A stretch of 48,025 bases of DNA from Octopus bimaculoides (GCF_001194135.2 NC_068982.1:21123256-21171280), one strand, 5' to 3'. Shown: positions 25,158-39,494, numbered from the stretch's first letter. Numbers and translations: made by a program. The notes: generated by a model not told the origin, from the sequence alone.

Positions 25158-25288
25158 CTCTTTTACTTGTTTCAGTCAAGCCTAGTACTTATTCTATCGG
25201 TCACTTTTTGCCGAACCGCTAAGTTACGGGGACGTAAACACATCAGCATCGGTTGCCAAGCGACGGTGGGGGCACAAACACAGACACA

Positions 25289-25334
<46 letters not shown>

Positions 25335-25843
25335 NNNNNNNNNNNNNNNNNNNNNNNNNNNNNNNNNNNNNNNNNNNNNNNNNNNNNNNNNNNNNNNNNN
25401 NNNNNNNNNNNNNNNNNNNNNNNNNNNNNNNNNNNNNNNNNNNNNNNNNNNNNNNNNNNNNNNNNNNNNNNNNNNNNNNNNNNNNNNNNNNNNNNNNNNN
25501 NNNNNNNNNNNNNNNNNNNNNNNNNNNNNNNNNNNNNNNNNNNNNNNNNNNNNNNNNNNNNNNNNNNNNNNNNNNNNNNNNNNNNNNNNNNNNNNNNNNN
25601 NNNNNNNNNNNNNNNNNNNNNNNNNNNNNNNNNNNNNNNNNNNNNNNNNNNNTATATATATGTATATATACACATATGTACGATGGGCTTCTTTGAGTTT
25701 CCGTCTATCAAATCCACTCACAAGGCTTTGGCCAGCCCGAGACTATAGTAGAAGACACTTGTCCAAGTTGCTACCCAGTGGGACTGAACCCGGAATAATG
25801 TGGTTGGTAAGCAAGCTACTTACCACATAGCCACTCCTGCCCC
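25158..25843 (-). mobile_element. SINE family A, near full length, central (CA)n-gap-(TA)n
   Basis: Minus 5' head caggagtggctatgtggtaagtagcttgcttaccaacc..gggttcagtccc (A/B boxes); 3' tail tgactgaaacaagtaaaagag. Confidence 0.92.
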
Positions 25844-26342
25844 TGTACGTGGTGTATTGCAATCAGGTGCAAATTATGTATATCTCGTGAATTTAAAAGT
25901 AAAGAAACATAATCATTGTCAAAACACAATAACTGAAGCAATTTAATGTCGGACATATGTATCTCAATGAATTCCATTTTATAATATTGGTACGAAATGG
26001 AATGAAACACTGAGCTTAACAATCTTCACTCAAATTGTCCAATCCTGAATTAGGTTCCAATGATTCATTTTGATATCTACTGATCGAGAAACAAAAATAA
26101 TCGAGTAAAGTAGATAGTAAGTTGTCCATTGTCGATCAAATCTTCTATATATAACATTGAATAAAATCTTGCCTCTATGACAACCATATCGCTCTATCAC
26201 TCATTGTATCTCTCTCTTTATATACACATGCGCATAGTCGCACACTCATGGTCACGCATTCGTGTATATATATTTATATATATATATATATATATATGTA
26301 CCTCTCTCTGAACCTTTCTCCCTTTCTCAGTCATGTCCTTCC

Positions 26343-26379
<37 letters not shown>

Positions 26380-27371
26380 TATATATACATATATATATAC
26401 ATATATCAACACATGATGAAATCTACGATCAGCCGAACGATTGATCAATATATGATTTAGACTACACAATCAACGGTAATTACCTTCCTATAAAACACAA
26501 TCAAAATAATTAAATGTGGTATAATTTCAGTCATATTTGATCTGTATCATACCGTCTTTAGCAATATATGATTAATAATTTTATCCTATTTTTCTTTTCT
26601 TTTTTTTTTCCTCACTTCCTCACATTAACCCACAAATATAACTTCCATTTCAGTGAGGAAACAAATAACATCGATTACATATAAGTGAACCCGGTTTGGA
26701 TATTGGTTTATTGTCACGTTTCCTTTTTTTAGGCCGCGTGAGTCTCTTTTTTGTTGATTGATTTATCTTTTATTGACTACACTTTTTGTTCTTTCCTGTG
26801 CAATAAATTTCACATTAAAAAAGACATTGCTGAAATAGATTTTCAGGGGAAAAAGCAAAAAAGTTATATAAATTTTGTTGTTTAACCCTTTATACGTTTT
26901 TTTCTTTCATATAGATATAGGGGGAGAATGAAATTGGTACCATAGATTCTTAATTGATAAGTGGTAATTAAAACATAAGATTCGGAAAACAAAGGACAAA
27001 ATAAAAACGGTTATTTTAAGTTAAGCTAACAATGACTATATTGATTTTTGAGTTCTTTTTTTTTTTTGGCTTCACTCGGCAACTAAAATATAAATAGACT
27101 GCATCAATAGAACATCAAAAGTAATATCACCATGCATTATGATTTGCCTTAGAGAAGCCTGGATATGTCCTGGGGAACCAGACATTTGGTGAATCAGCTT
27201 CATTCAACTGATGCGTCGTTTTTTTTTTTTACTTATATATTCAAGTATATTAAAAACGTCTTATTTCTTCATGATTATTAAACATACACTTACATGCAAA
27301 CACAAACCTACATGGACACTCACACACACACACACACATATACACACATATATATATATATATATATATAT

Positions 27372-27410
<39 letters not shown>

Positions 27411-27998
27411 CATATATACATATGAATATGTGTACATGTATATGTATATATGCATTTATATATACGTTATATTTATATATACAAATATATGCATAAATAT
27501 GTTTATATACATACATGTATATGCATGCTTATATATGTTTATATATTACAGATATAGATATATACTTGTACATACGCACGTTCTTGTATGAACGTGCGTA
27601 TGTGTGCTTATGAGTGTATGTTGCCAATAATGGAGAGTTACCTCTATAGTATGATACCGTTTACTTGGTGTGAAAGAACCTTAGGCTGTTTTCAAAGACG
27701 AAACTTCCAAATGACACGAATGGTAGTTAATATCAAAATAGGTTTATTAGGCAATAGCTAGAAACAAATTTTCGCAGCGATGTAGAATCCACTTACCGTT
27801 ACGTTTTGTCCGTTATCCATTTTTTTAATTTTCTCTATTGCTGAATATCGATTTAGCAAATTACTAATTTCATGTATGACGAAAACTGCGCTACTACCCA
27901 TGGTTATCAGTGTCTACCCGACGTCTACATTTATCAACTAACTTCTGTTCTGAATGTACCTATTTGTGTGTGTGTATGTGTGTTATTTATTTACAATA

Positions 27999-28251
27999 CA
28001 GTAATCCCTCGCCATATCGCGGTTCACCTATCGCGGTTCACCAATCATGGTTCACCTATCGCAGGTTATTATTTAAACTTAAGTCGATTCCTCCGTTTTT
28101 TTTTCTTTTGCATTCATAATAAAATAAATATATACAAATTATAAAAATAATAAGAAAACATATACAGTACAGTACTGTTTCTACTTCACAGATTTTCACC
28201 TACCGTGGGGGCTTTTGGAACGCAACAGCCGCGATAGTCGAGGGTTTAATT
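27999..28251. mobile_element. pogo/Tigger-like non-autonomous DNA transposon (MITE)
   Basis: TA|cagtaatccctcgccatatcgcgg at the left, ccgcgatagtcgagggtttaat at the right (degenerate TIR); three internal atcgcggttcacc-like repeats; no ORF. Confidence 0.7.
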
Positions 28252-28341
28252 ATACATTTTTCTTTATTTATGTAACGAAACACAACGCACCGCGACTTGT
28301 ATTAACAGTAAGATTTTATATAACCGTGCGACTGTTTCTCT

Positions 28342-28385
<44 letters not shown>

Positions 28386-29029
28386 ATCTCTCCTTTTCTC
28401 TTTCTGTCACCTTCTACTTGTATTCCTCGCCTTTCTTCTTTGTCCTTTTTCCCCCTTCATCCCTTCCGTTGTTTTCTCCCTGCCTCTCTCTCTCTCACTG
28501 TGCTTCTCGCTTGCCCTCTTTCTCCTCTGCCTGCTGCTGTTAAGTGACCCGTGGCCAGCTTTCCTTTCTTTCTCTCCCTTTTTGACACCATTCCTGTAGC
28601 TGACTCGTCCTAAACTCCGTGTGTCCCACTGTTTTATTTCCTTTATTGTAACTTCTATGCATTACCCACCATTTATTTTCCTTTTGGCTCTGAGACTATA
28701 TTTTGCTAGTTTCTTATTTATTTCGTCTTTCTCCATTGTCTTAAATCACATTCATTCATTACTTATGTCCACTCTGTATTGTTCTGTTTGCTCTCAGCCT
28801 TATATTCTCCGCAACTTGCGCTGGTGACCGCCAGCATGAGGAGTTCTCATTCTTATCATTAATGGCGCGAAGCTGAGTAATACCATTTGGCTGGTAACAA
28901 CTGTAGAATTAGGGACCTCCTATGTCTGTCTCCTGTGCGGTTGTACACTCAGTATACAATATGCTGTTTGTTTATTTACCATCCATTTTGCATTTGCATA
29001 CATACATACATACACACACACATATATAT

Positions 29030-29070
<41 letters not shown>

Positions 29071-29081
29071 CATTATTGTAT

Positions 29082-29309
29082 GCATCGGGTGTCAAGCGAT
29101 GTTGGGGTAACAAACAAGGACACACAAACACACATATATATACGACGGGCTTCTTTCGGTTTCCGTCTACCAAATCCCCTCACAAGGCTTTGGTCGGCCT
29201 TAGGCTATAGTAGAAGAAGACCCTTGCCCAAGGTGCCACGAAGTGGGACTGAACCCGGAACAATTGCGTTGGTAAGCAAACTAATTAACACACAGCTTCC
29301 CCTGCGCCC
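29082..29309 (-). mobile_element. SINE family A, 5' half
   Basis: cgggcttctttcggtttccgtctaccaaatcc..gcccaaggtgccacgaagtgggactgaacccggaac. Confidence 0.9.
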
Positions 29310-29879
29310 TAACAATCTATTATATTTCAATTAATTTATCAAGCTGATTCTCTATTTTGGATATCTTATGTGCAGAATGCAAAGGGATCCTCCATTTGTA
29401 GGCTAATATTTTCAGTGTGACGTCAACACAACCAGGGAACGCAGACCCTTCCATCCGAACAAAATATTTCCCGAGCCACTACAAAATTTGCAGCTCGCTG
29501 CAGAGCATACGCATGCATGTAACCGAATCTCTGATGTCGCGTGTATAAATATTTATGTTTACGACAACATTTTATATCTCCCTGGTTTTTATATGTTTAT
29601 TGGGCGTGATAATTTGCACGTACAAACATGTTCATTTACGCTCACATATACGCATATATGTCTAGATATACATACATACATGTACAAACACACACCCACA
29701 CACCCACACACACGCACATGCATATTTACCTACGCATTACTTGTATATTCACATATGCACGTTCATATTTTTCTTATAGTTATCATAATGAAATCGTTTT
29801 GAGCATCATTTTCACCTATTCGGAGTTAAAAATAACGTTCGTATTTAATATTATGATTAAAGCAACAAGAATCGGTATC

Positions 29880-29975
29880 ATACCCAGCACAATGCTTAGC
29901 GGTATTACCTCAGTCAAATTTCTCCGAGGTCGACATTACTCTTCATCCTTTTGGGGTCCTTAAAAAAAATAGGTG
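29880..29975 (+). mobile_element. SINE family B fragment (degenerate)
   Basis: aatgcttagcggtatt..tcaaatttctccgaggtcgac..ttcatccttttggggtc. Confidence 0.65.
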
Positions 29976-32153
29976 TCGAACAATAGCAACGACGCAATTG
30001 ACTTATCTCACCACTCACCCAATATTCATGTCGTTGTACTAAGATTTGAAACCGTTATTACAATGTAAACCTATTGAGTTTCTCATTTGTTCTTCACAAA
30101 TATCTTCTCTAAGTTCAACATAAATCTTGTCCATTCCACAATGTGTAAACATAGAACATCTTACTCATTAAAGATGTGCTAACGATATTTTGGGGATTCA
30201 ATTCATTATGAGACTTGGAATAAGATGTTTTATCAAACTGACCGAAATGTAAATGTGTAAATGTCTATTCGCATATCTTTATCAAATTTTAAATTAATGT
30301 TACATTCATTCCAATACTTAAAGATATGGACATCAGTCATTCTCTCGTACTCTTTATATATTTAGATGACAGGGACGATGAGTGGGTAATTGTCACATGC
30401 TGAATAATGAGGTGGGTATGCACAAATAAGTTTTTCTGGCTGTTCATGACTATGTTAAAGATTCTGAGTTAAGTTCTTCATCGGGAACGTCTAATTATAA
30501 ATATATACGTGTGTCTGTGTTTGTGTGTGTGTGAGTGTGTGTGTGAGTGTGTGTGTGTGTGTGTGCGTGTGTGTGCGTGCACGCTTGTGTGTGTGTGGGT
30601 GTGTGTATGTTTGTGTTTCTACCGTTTAGCTCTACTTATACTTGCTGCAGCTTTCAACCTGAGTGTGTTGAGTCGGCCTCAACCAAAGGGTCGTGTTCGG
30701 ACTTTCTTGGGAAAACAAGTTCACATGTAGCTCCTTGTTACATGCATGCTGTACACAATTTGGAAGCATATTCTTGGATAAGATCAGAAAACCTACTGAG
30801 TTAGAAATCCACTAATACTGTTACAATTCCAATTCAATACTGTGTTATAACTTATTTTACAAGGATCCTGTATTTTCAAAAAGCCGAAGTGTTACTATCC
30901 CATGCGCAATTTATGACAGCTAGTTTATGGAGACCATTTTGCAATTACTGTATACGCAGTTTGTTTGATTTCATAATTTTCCATTGAGTATGGTTTCAGT
31001 TTCAGAAAATATATGATATAGAATGTAATTTTTCCAAAATATTTATAGACACATTCTTTGGCATTATCAAAGATATAAATGTTTTCACTTACATTTTAGG
31101 ATTAAAAAGACAAAACTTTGTTTTATTTTTTAATGTGAATATGATAGTATCAGAACATTTATCTGTCCATTAGGATATATTTTCTACTAAACATACATTT
31201 TTGCATAATACTCCTATTGTTTTGCTTTGAAGAGCATGTTTTATATCTAAATCGCTGTGTATATTCTTTACTATTATTACAATAATACGATACTTTTCCT
31301 TTTTCACGATGCAAATCAAAGGAGAGATGTATATATGAATATATTTGAAGAGGTTCCTTCTTGAATATATATATATAGTTTCGGAATTCTGCAAGAATAC
31401 AAAGAAAATGTGCAAATTGTTATTCACCATTTTGGTTTTTTGCATGTGTAAGTTTATATAGACGAAAATATTGGCCTACCTTTTGCGGAAGAGGAGATAA
31501 TTTCAAGTTATGAAAAATAATTCGTACGAATCATTATACATAGATGCATTTACCTATGATTTATTCAAATTAAGCTGATGACCATATATGTGTTTTAATT
31601 TGATTTTTATATACCTTAGCCTGTGATCTGCTGATGCACATGCAGGGGAAAAGGCTGTGTAGTTGAATTCTGGGAGAGAAACGTGTTCACATTTATCCAC
31701 TTGCCTTCACACTATGCGATGTGATAGCATATCCGGTTTGTAGAATTCTACCTTAATTATGATATCATCTCTTGTTTACAAGTGGCATAAAGTGATCGGT
31801 TCACACTCACTGGAAGTGAACATAACTTCAGATAAAGTACTATAATTGTCATATGATATTTAATATACACGTACTAGTTTTCGTTATTCAAATATGTCAT
31901 TCACATTTCTTAATTCATTTATGTCATATGTATTTATGTACGTAGATGTCTATGTATGTATATATGTATCTATGTTTGTATGTAATATGTAGGTATATAG
32001 AATAGAATAAATAAATATATCATGCAAATATTCCAAACATTTTTAACCCCTTAATATACTTTTCCCTATTTGTATTATGTTGTAAATGCAACTACATTGA
32101 AATGCATTGCTATTTAGTAAAACTATTAATAATAGACAAACGTAAGTATATAC

Positions 32154-32301
32154 GCGCAAGCGTGGCCCCGTAGTAAGAAGCTTACTTGCCCGCCACATGG
32201 TTTCCGAGGGGTCAGCCTCATTGCGTGACACCTTTGGCGTGTATGTTCTACCATAGCCTTGGGGTGAGTGGATTTGGTAAACGGAAACTGAAATACCATG
32301 G

Positions 32302-32345
<44 letters not shown>

Positions 32346-32465
32346 TGTGTGTGTGTATGCGTGTGGATGTGGGTGTGCGTGTGTGTATGTGGATTCATTC
32401 GACTAACATTCCTTCAAGGTGGTGCCCCAGCATGGTCGTAGTCTGATAACTGAAACAAATAAATG
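32154..32465 (+). mobile_element. SINE family A, diverged copy
   Basis: gcgcaagcgtggcc..gtaagaagcttac..gagtggatttggtaaacggaaactgaaa..(TG)n..aaggtggtgccccagcatgg..actgaaacaaat. Confidence 0.85.
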
Positions 32466-34597
32466 ATTTAAAAAAAGGATAAAATATGGACATCTGCAAA
32501 ATGCATAAATTCATAATTGTTTTGATTTACACTCAAGTCAATTATAGCCGTTCGGAATATGACATCAATCTTTTCATCTTCTATCCATTATGGAATATTT
32601 TCAGTGGAAGGGCCTCCTGTCCAAAATAATTTATATTGTTTAAGACACTAAGGGATAAATTGATAAAGATTTCCCTGATGTTTCCAGCAAACCGTGCAAC
32701 CACATGGTAGCATTTACCGTTGCATCGAATGTCAGATAGATTTGATGAGTCACATGTTCATGGCTCTTACGAGAAGATACCTGTCAAAAATACATGAGAA
32801 AACAACATGAGAAAATAAGCTGATTATTGATTTCATTAAAACTGTTATCAAAATAAAACACTTTAGGTAATTTTTCGTCAATCACTTCTAATTATTGACC
32901 CCATTATCACACTGGGGAAATTAATGAATGTCACATAAATATTTCTTCTACAACCTGATCAGTTTAAAATCAAAAGTCATTCGTAGTGCAAAGTTAATAC
33001 CATACTTTGATAAATTACTCTTCTCATCAACAATTATCCGTAAAGCTAATAACACCAAAATTTTATATGAACTTTTACATCGTTCAGGCGTTAAATCCTT
33101 AAAACGTGTTTCTTTATTTTCTATATTTTTTTGTTATTTCATTATTTCTTTTTGTTTCTAATAATATTTTTAAAGAAAATACAAGTGGTGTTTCCACACA
33201 ATAACGGGACTACGTTATTTTATTTTATTCCCACTTCAATTTAATTAAAGGTGCATTCATGCAACCAAGATGCATGGATTTTAAACAGGTGAAAGCTTTG
33301 AACGACGTGTTATGTCATTATGGATTAAGATACATTAAATTAATTTGATTTACTTTTTCTTAGTTTTTCTTTTACATTTTTTTCATGACAGTTATGTTAA
33401 TTATTTATCGTAGGAAGTAATTGCGAAAATTACCTTCAAGATTCTTGATCAAAATTTTGACATGGCTTTAAAAACTGTTATATTATTAATCATGGAAGTC
33501 AATTTTCGTTCATGAAGTGTTTGAGCCCTGCATAGTACTGACAGATAAAAAACACTAGCTCACTGTCATTAAATCAAACTCACTTCATGTTGAATTTCAC
33601 ATATTCCAGCTACGTAATGCATCCTTTGTTGATAGTTCTACACTAATTGCTATAAATGTGTACATCACACGCAACAAAAATTGGAGCCTAGGCCTATATG
33701 TTTATCAGTGCAAATATCAATCTTGTTTTCTCTCATAATATTTAATGTTACAATAGATCCACTATTCATTTTTAAACGATAAAGAGTGGCTTTAAATGGC
33801 ATAAAATTACTTAAATTTTAACAATAGATATTGATTTCCGACAGCAATATGTGCTATAGGTAAACAACTGTAGCAGCTCCTGCATCCTTGATTATTTTCT
33901 TCGTTTATCCCGTCGCAATACTCCAGCAGTTTACAATGTTCCTGTCGTTGTCCAAATTTAAACCAGTAGATATGTGAGCAAATTTTGTACAGGTAGGACA
34001 CTCCTGTACTTTTAAAAGTACCTACAAGCTTATTATTCACTATGGACTTTCTTTCTATAGGTGCTGATTTTTGACAGGTGACGCTTCTGTATATATTCTA
34101 TGTTAATAATCAAAGTATTATTGATTATTTTAATTAGTATTGTATCTGGCCATAAATTGCACCTGTGGAAGAAGAATCAGGCATATATTAATTGCAGATA
34201 CATTGCACCAGATCTTGTTTATTTACAAGTCAATTTTAATGGTAATTTGATGCAATCGAAAAATAAAACAGATTGCAAACTATAACTGTTCTGTTTGATG
34301 CTATTTCAGTAGAGAATATTTTTGCGTAGACATCACGAATTCGAGGCTGAAAAGATAACTACATGCAAAAATATTTCCTTAATAGATTTGATACATATCG
34401 AAGTAAATAAAACCTTTATTGGATAATTATCATCTTCTTTTTTATGTCAGATAAAGTTTAACGCAAAATCAAACTAGAAATTTCACTTGCTAGCCTATTT
34501 CTAGGCAAGGAAAGATATTCAGTTATGGTACAAATATGAAAGTGAATCGATAAAGGAATGGACAATATATCTTGTGGCATCAAATTCATGATTTGAC

Positions 34598-34667
34598 TTT
34601 AAATGCCAATTATACCGTATTTAAGCATATCTATATATGCTTTAAGACGGTATAATTAGCATTTGAA
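34598..34667. repeat. 70-nt inverted repeat/hairpin
   Basis: 33-position arms with 3 mismatches and 1 G-T pair around a 4-nt loop (34631-34634). Confidence 0.9.
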
Positions 34668-35579
34668 AATATAAATATATAAATTGGCATTTAAATATAT
34701 AATATATTGGCATTTATATATATAACCTGGTCAATACAATAAATAAGCTAATGCGTTTCAAAACCTGACTGCTTCACTATCCATAAGCCAGCCCCTTGTT
34801 ATTATGCTATGTTGTAATATTTTATTACTGTCCTATGCATTTTGCATAATTTATTTAAATAGTTAACGTTGTAATAGCCATATATATTGCTCTCTATTTG
34901 AACCATATATCATGGTGTTTATTTTTCATGGTAGCACAATTTTGGCAAAGATGAACATATACAAAAGAACTCTGTTTTAAAGATACAATTTGAAAATGTG
35001 TGCATTCAAATTTGTTTGAAATACATTAAATATGTGTTGGTAAATCTATCAAGAAACTGGAATAAAATATGTTGACAGATTGTGAAAAAAAAATGGAAGC
35101 AATGACATATTTCTGTATATTTAATGAGAAGTATCGATTTGCTTAGAAAATAAGAAGAAAAGATTTTAATAAATGATATATATACTCTGCGCTCTGTACG
35201 TTATCAATAAAATCAGTGACATTGACAGAAGAAATATCTGTTCTATTTGCTAAATAACACAATGTTTTTAACTCAAAGTTACGAAATACAATGTTCTATC
35301 AACAATTGTATGGTAGTTTGAAATTAGCAGAGAAGCGGCAGCACGTCACAATATTTATTTCGATTTAGTGCAGTTCAATACTTGCCACTGTTCCCTTTCC
35401 CAACATAAGTATACACTTGAAAGACTGTTTTAACTGAATATACGACTGGTATTTGTTAATAAAATATTGCTGTATTTTTCTGAGTCACTTATTTATAGTG
35501 CATAAACATCGTTTATATACTGTAACTTTAAAGATATATAAACTAATATGTGAAATATATTTAAAAAATTCAAGAAAGT

Positions 35580-37330
35580 TACATGATGATCTCAGGTCGA
35601 TTTCCCTTCCCGAATGCACAAGAGCGGACATGGACAAACACTATAGGTGTACGCAGATACTATCTAGAAAAAATTTTCTGTGGACAAGCAGATAGGAATA
35701 GCATAAGATACTCACACTCAGATGGAGTGAAGGTGGCATTTGACATCCAATTCTGGTTAACCCTGAACAGAGTTATTAGACTGGAGTTACAGAGTGGTAT
35801 TAAGGAAAATGAGATAGGGAATCCTGTGCTAGAGGGAGAGCTCGTTAGTAGTCTGGAAAAACATTATGGAACATTGGTCAATTCTTCAACGCAAAGCAAG
35901 AAGTCTTCATTTTCAGGGCTGAGGCGCATGCTCGGCAGTATGAGAAATCAAAAGTTGATCGATTGGCCCTAGAGGCAGAGGCACAACTTAGGGGCAAAAA
36001 TCTACAATTCAGTCTTTGGCAGTCCATAATCGGGGCGTGCTATTCGATTACAACGGGCGGTGCGTGTGGCCTTTCAGTGGTTCTTCTTTTAAGTCGTTGC
36101 GTTGTTTCGCGTTTCGGAGATCGTGGTGCACTTAAGCACCTACCTCGATGACTTGTCGCTGCATTCGATTGCAGATAATAACTGATTTTCAACGCCGATA
36201 AAAGCTGATTCTTCAAGAGAACAGAAGGATGGCGGCACGAGATAGAAATCCCCAGGACATGATCGTGTGCTCCACGAGCTGTAGTTTCATATGCCGGAGT
36301 AGTCTGGGTGTCTCATAGCAAATAGCTATTGCTATTTACAGCAGAATCGGAGCTCGTTCAGTCCTGTGAAACAACGGGTGGGAAGGGTTTTAAAAATCTG
36401 TGTTCAGTAACTCTGATAATGTTGAGCTGAAGATTTTTGTCAACGTGTAATCTTAAAGGTTACCAAATGTCCTCCATGCTCTGATGGGAGAGACATCGAA
36501 ATGCACCATCAGAAACATATACATACCCGGTAACTTCCAACTCCCATGATACATTATACAAAAAGTGGGTAAGTAACATTACATGGGTTGGTTTGGCCGA
36601 ATTTATATCAATCGAAATTTTTCGTCTGTTTTGATCATCCATATATGGTAATATTTCTCATGATGTGTGGCTTCCGTACTGACTTGAAAAGTTGGATCGT
36701 TGTAACACACGGTGAAATCTGCTCGGTGGTCAGAGTTATCAGTTACTTGTCTGATCATTAAGTACTGTGCCTTACGGCCCATAAAGAGATTACATTCTCG
36801 AGAACAGTGTGAATGCTGGTGATTACGCCTTTACTGCGGTATTTAGAATTATTTTGAAAATAGGATGTATATCAGAATATGTTGATGATATCACCGCAAT
36901 AGTTTCTGTCACCGATCAGATCGATTTAGCTAGGAATATTCTAAGTGAATACAAGGCGGTGATAGGAACACAATTTTACGAGGTGAAATCATTAACTACG
37001 CGACTCAGAATATGGTGAGATATATTTTTGCAACGAGAAGCATTGCGTGGCACTGGTGGAGGGACCGGTTAAGAAGATCGGGTTTTATTATGATACAGGT
37101 GTACAAAAACCGGATTAAGGTAAGGAGAACGATGCAGAGACTCAGTCAGAAAGGGGTCAAGAAGAAACTATCTCTGGAGAATTGAACCGACATAGCGAAT
37201 AGCAAATACGTACTTCGCATTCCTCCTCTATTGTCTGACCGTCGTGCACCGTTCCGCTTCATGGTTCACAATAATGGAGTCATTGCTCTTCCACTTTCTT
37301 ATGAGTAGACGCTTTCTTCTCCAATCAAAC
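35580..37330 (+). mobile_element. L1-clade (Tx1-like) non-LTR retrotransposon ORF2 relic (linker plus reverse transcriptase)
   Basis: Ordered degenerate motifs: KSPGHD (36246), NVELKIF (36418), NLYQSK..FDH (36600), GF..SWI..CSVVRV, PLLRYLE, YVDDITAIV (36878), L-x2-Y-x4-G, RKLSL-like and ANTYFA..LFHFL; multiple stops and frameshifts. Confidence 0.85.
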
Positions 37331-37600
37331 CTTCATGAACGTTTTCTGGATCAATCTGAATAGCAAGGTGATTTTCAGAGAGCGTTACTGCCCACCAAGA
37401 AATTTGCTGAAGGGTGTTAAACATGGCACAAGTATGTGTGTGCCTAATCTAAGCTGGCGCCTGTAGCATGGAAAGAACTGATGCAGTGTGTGTCCTCCCA
37501 GTATTTCCCTTTTGTATTCGGAGTGAACTAGGTCGGTTGAATTCTTTAATCACCCCAGGGTGAAGCAAGATTCTATGTAGTACATATATATGTAAGTATG

Positions 37601-37634
<34 letters not shown>

Positions 37635-39329
37635 TGTATGCATCTATGTATATATATGTATACATTTCATAAAAAAACTTTCGTTATAACTTTTACATAT
37701 TCAAGAAATACTTTGTCAGGCATGAGATCAAAATTAATCATTCTATCAGAATAAATGCTGTAAAATAGTTTATATACATTAGAAATACATTACAAAGTTT
37801 AGAATCTAAGCACTTGTTAATTGTAATTTGTTTCACATCTTCAGCTTTCCAATGACAAAAAAGAAACTAAGAATCAGTACTTAAAATAATAGCAAACATT
37901 GTGTCAGTAAATCAAAAGATTACCGCAGCATATGAAAACAAACGAGGGACACATTATGAGATAAAAGTCAGGTGAATTATCAATAAGATGGAGCGACGTT
38001 CATTTGTCTCGCGTTAATATACTTGGCACCATTAGTAACGAACTCCGTATCTATTTAACCCAGAGTTAAAAAAGTGCATTCAGTATCTTTTACTTATTGC
38101 TTTTTCAGTCTGATTAATAATTAACAAATGCACACAATATATTTTCTATCTAATTTAGTAAAACCTAGAATTGGTATCTGAGTGCAATATCGATAAATAA
38201 CTTGGTAGCTCGCTCTAACAGAAAGATAATCAGTATTTATTTCGGCTGTGTTGATTATATGATAGCATATGATAGCATTTTTATTGGGAGTGCAGAATAA
38301 CTTGTTTCATATAACTGGTTTGTAAATTTGAAAACCCTGTAATTCGCAACACGTATTTCTGAATTCATTTTAAAATACGAATAATGCATTTTTTCGGTTT
38401 TAAGTTAGATTGTAGGCTTCCTTAACTTTTAATCTTCTTTTCCATTTTATGAATAATAATTCCTAAACTAGGAGTCAGTCTCCAAGTGTTATTGATTTTG
38501 TTGCGATCGATCCAGATAATGGTCTGTCAAATACAATATGATCTACATTTATGAAAGCATTTCCACACGTAAGACATGATAATAATGGATCTGTTCTAAA
38601 TACTGCAATCAATTTGAATGCAGGAATTTCTTTTGTTATGGCAGACAGCTATCTCCATTGATATTCGCAATTATATTAGTATGGATATACCATCACGGAT
38701 GTGTAATAGAAAACCCGAACACATTATTACATAAATTACTAAGATATAACAACTACTGTCACTATCAACAGAGTCACATTAAATGAATCAGTAGACAACA
38801 ATCTTCAGCTGTTACAAAGCAATGAAATTACTAAGTTTTTCCCATACATTTTTTTAAAAAAGATTATTCGTTTTCAAAGATATATTCCTCGGAGAGAAGG
38901 CTGACATTTGTAGAGTGCAGTATGCCATTGTAACAGCATATTATACCTACTAAATTCTCCAAATATCTAAAAGGTTAAAACTTACAACGTTTGAAGAGAA
39001 ACGGGAAATGGAATGTAGAAAGTGTAAAGGCCAGTGACATGCTAGTATTTTAATAGCAGTACGTAGAACCTGAAGGTCACTTTCTCAGTAATATTCGATT
39101 AATAGAAAATGAAAGAAGAATCAACGGGATGTAAACATTGCAAATTCCTCTTCTGCCTTGATACATTCTCTCTATGAATTTTCTCTTTTCATTTTTCATC
39201 GAATAAATATTAATGCGCGTACTTCTGTATAGCAATACATATCGTTAAAATATGTGTGTGCCTGTGTGTGCTAGTGTGTGTATGTGTGTACATATAAATT
39301 ATGTATACACACACACACATACAAACACA

Positions 39330-39361
<32 letters not shown>

Positions 39362-39366
39362 GATGC

Positions 39367-39412
<46 letters not shown>

Positions 39413-39494
39413 CGGTGCCGCTCTCTCGCTCTCACTCTCTCTCCCTATCTCGCTCTCACTCTGTATATATTATTTTTTCTTTGTTTTTCTTTTC

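Noticed and set aside
25760-25843. tRNA-like A/B boxes as tRNA genes
   Set aside because: They are SINE heads continuing into SINE body sequence; no complete cloverleaf.
38471-38830. VAIDPDNG and TTTVTIN peptides resembling cadherin repeat motifs (protocadherins are expanded in octopus); also a possible exon 38471-38568
   Set aside because: The motifs are in separate short frames broken by stops, with no DxNDNxP or LDRE motif; insufficient to call a pseudogene.
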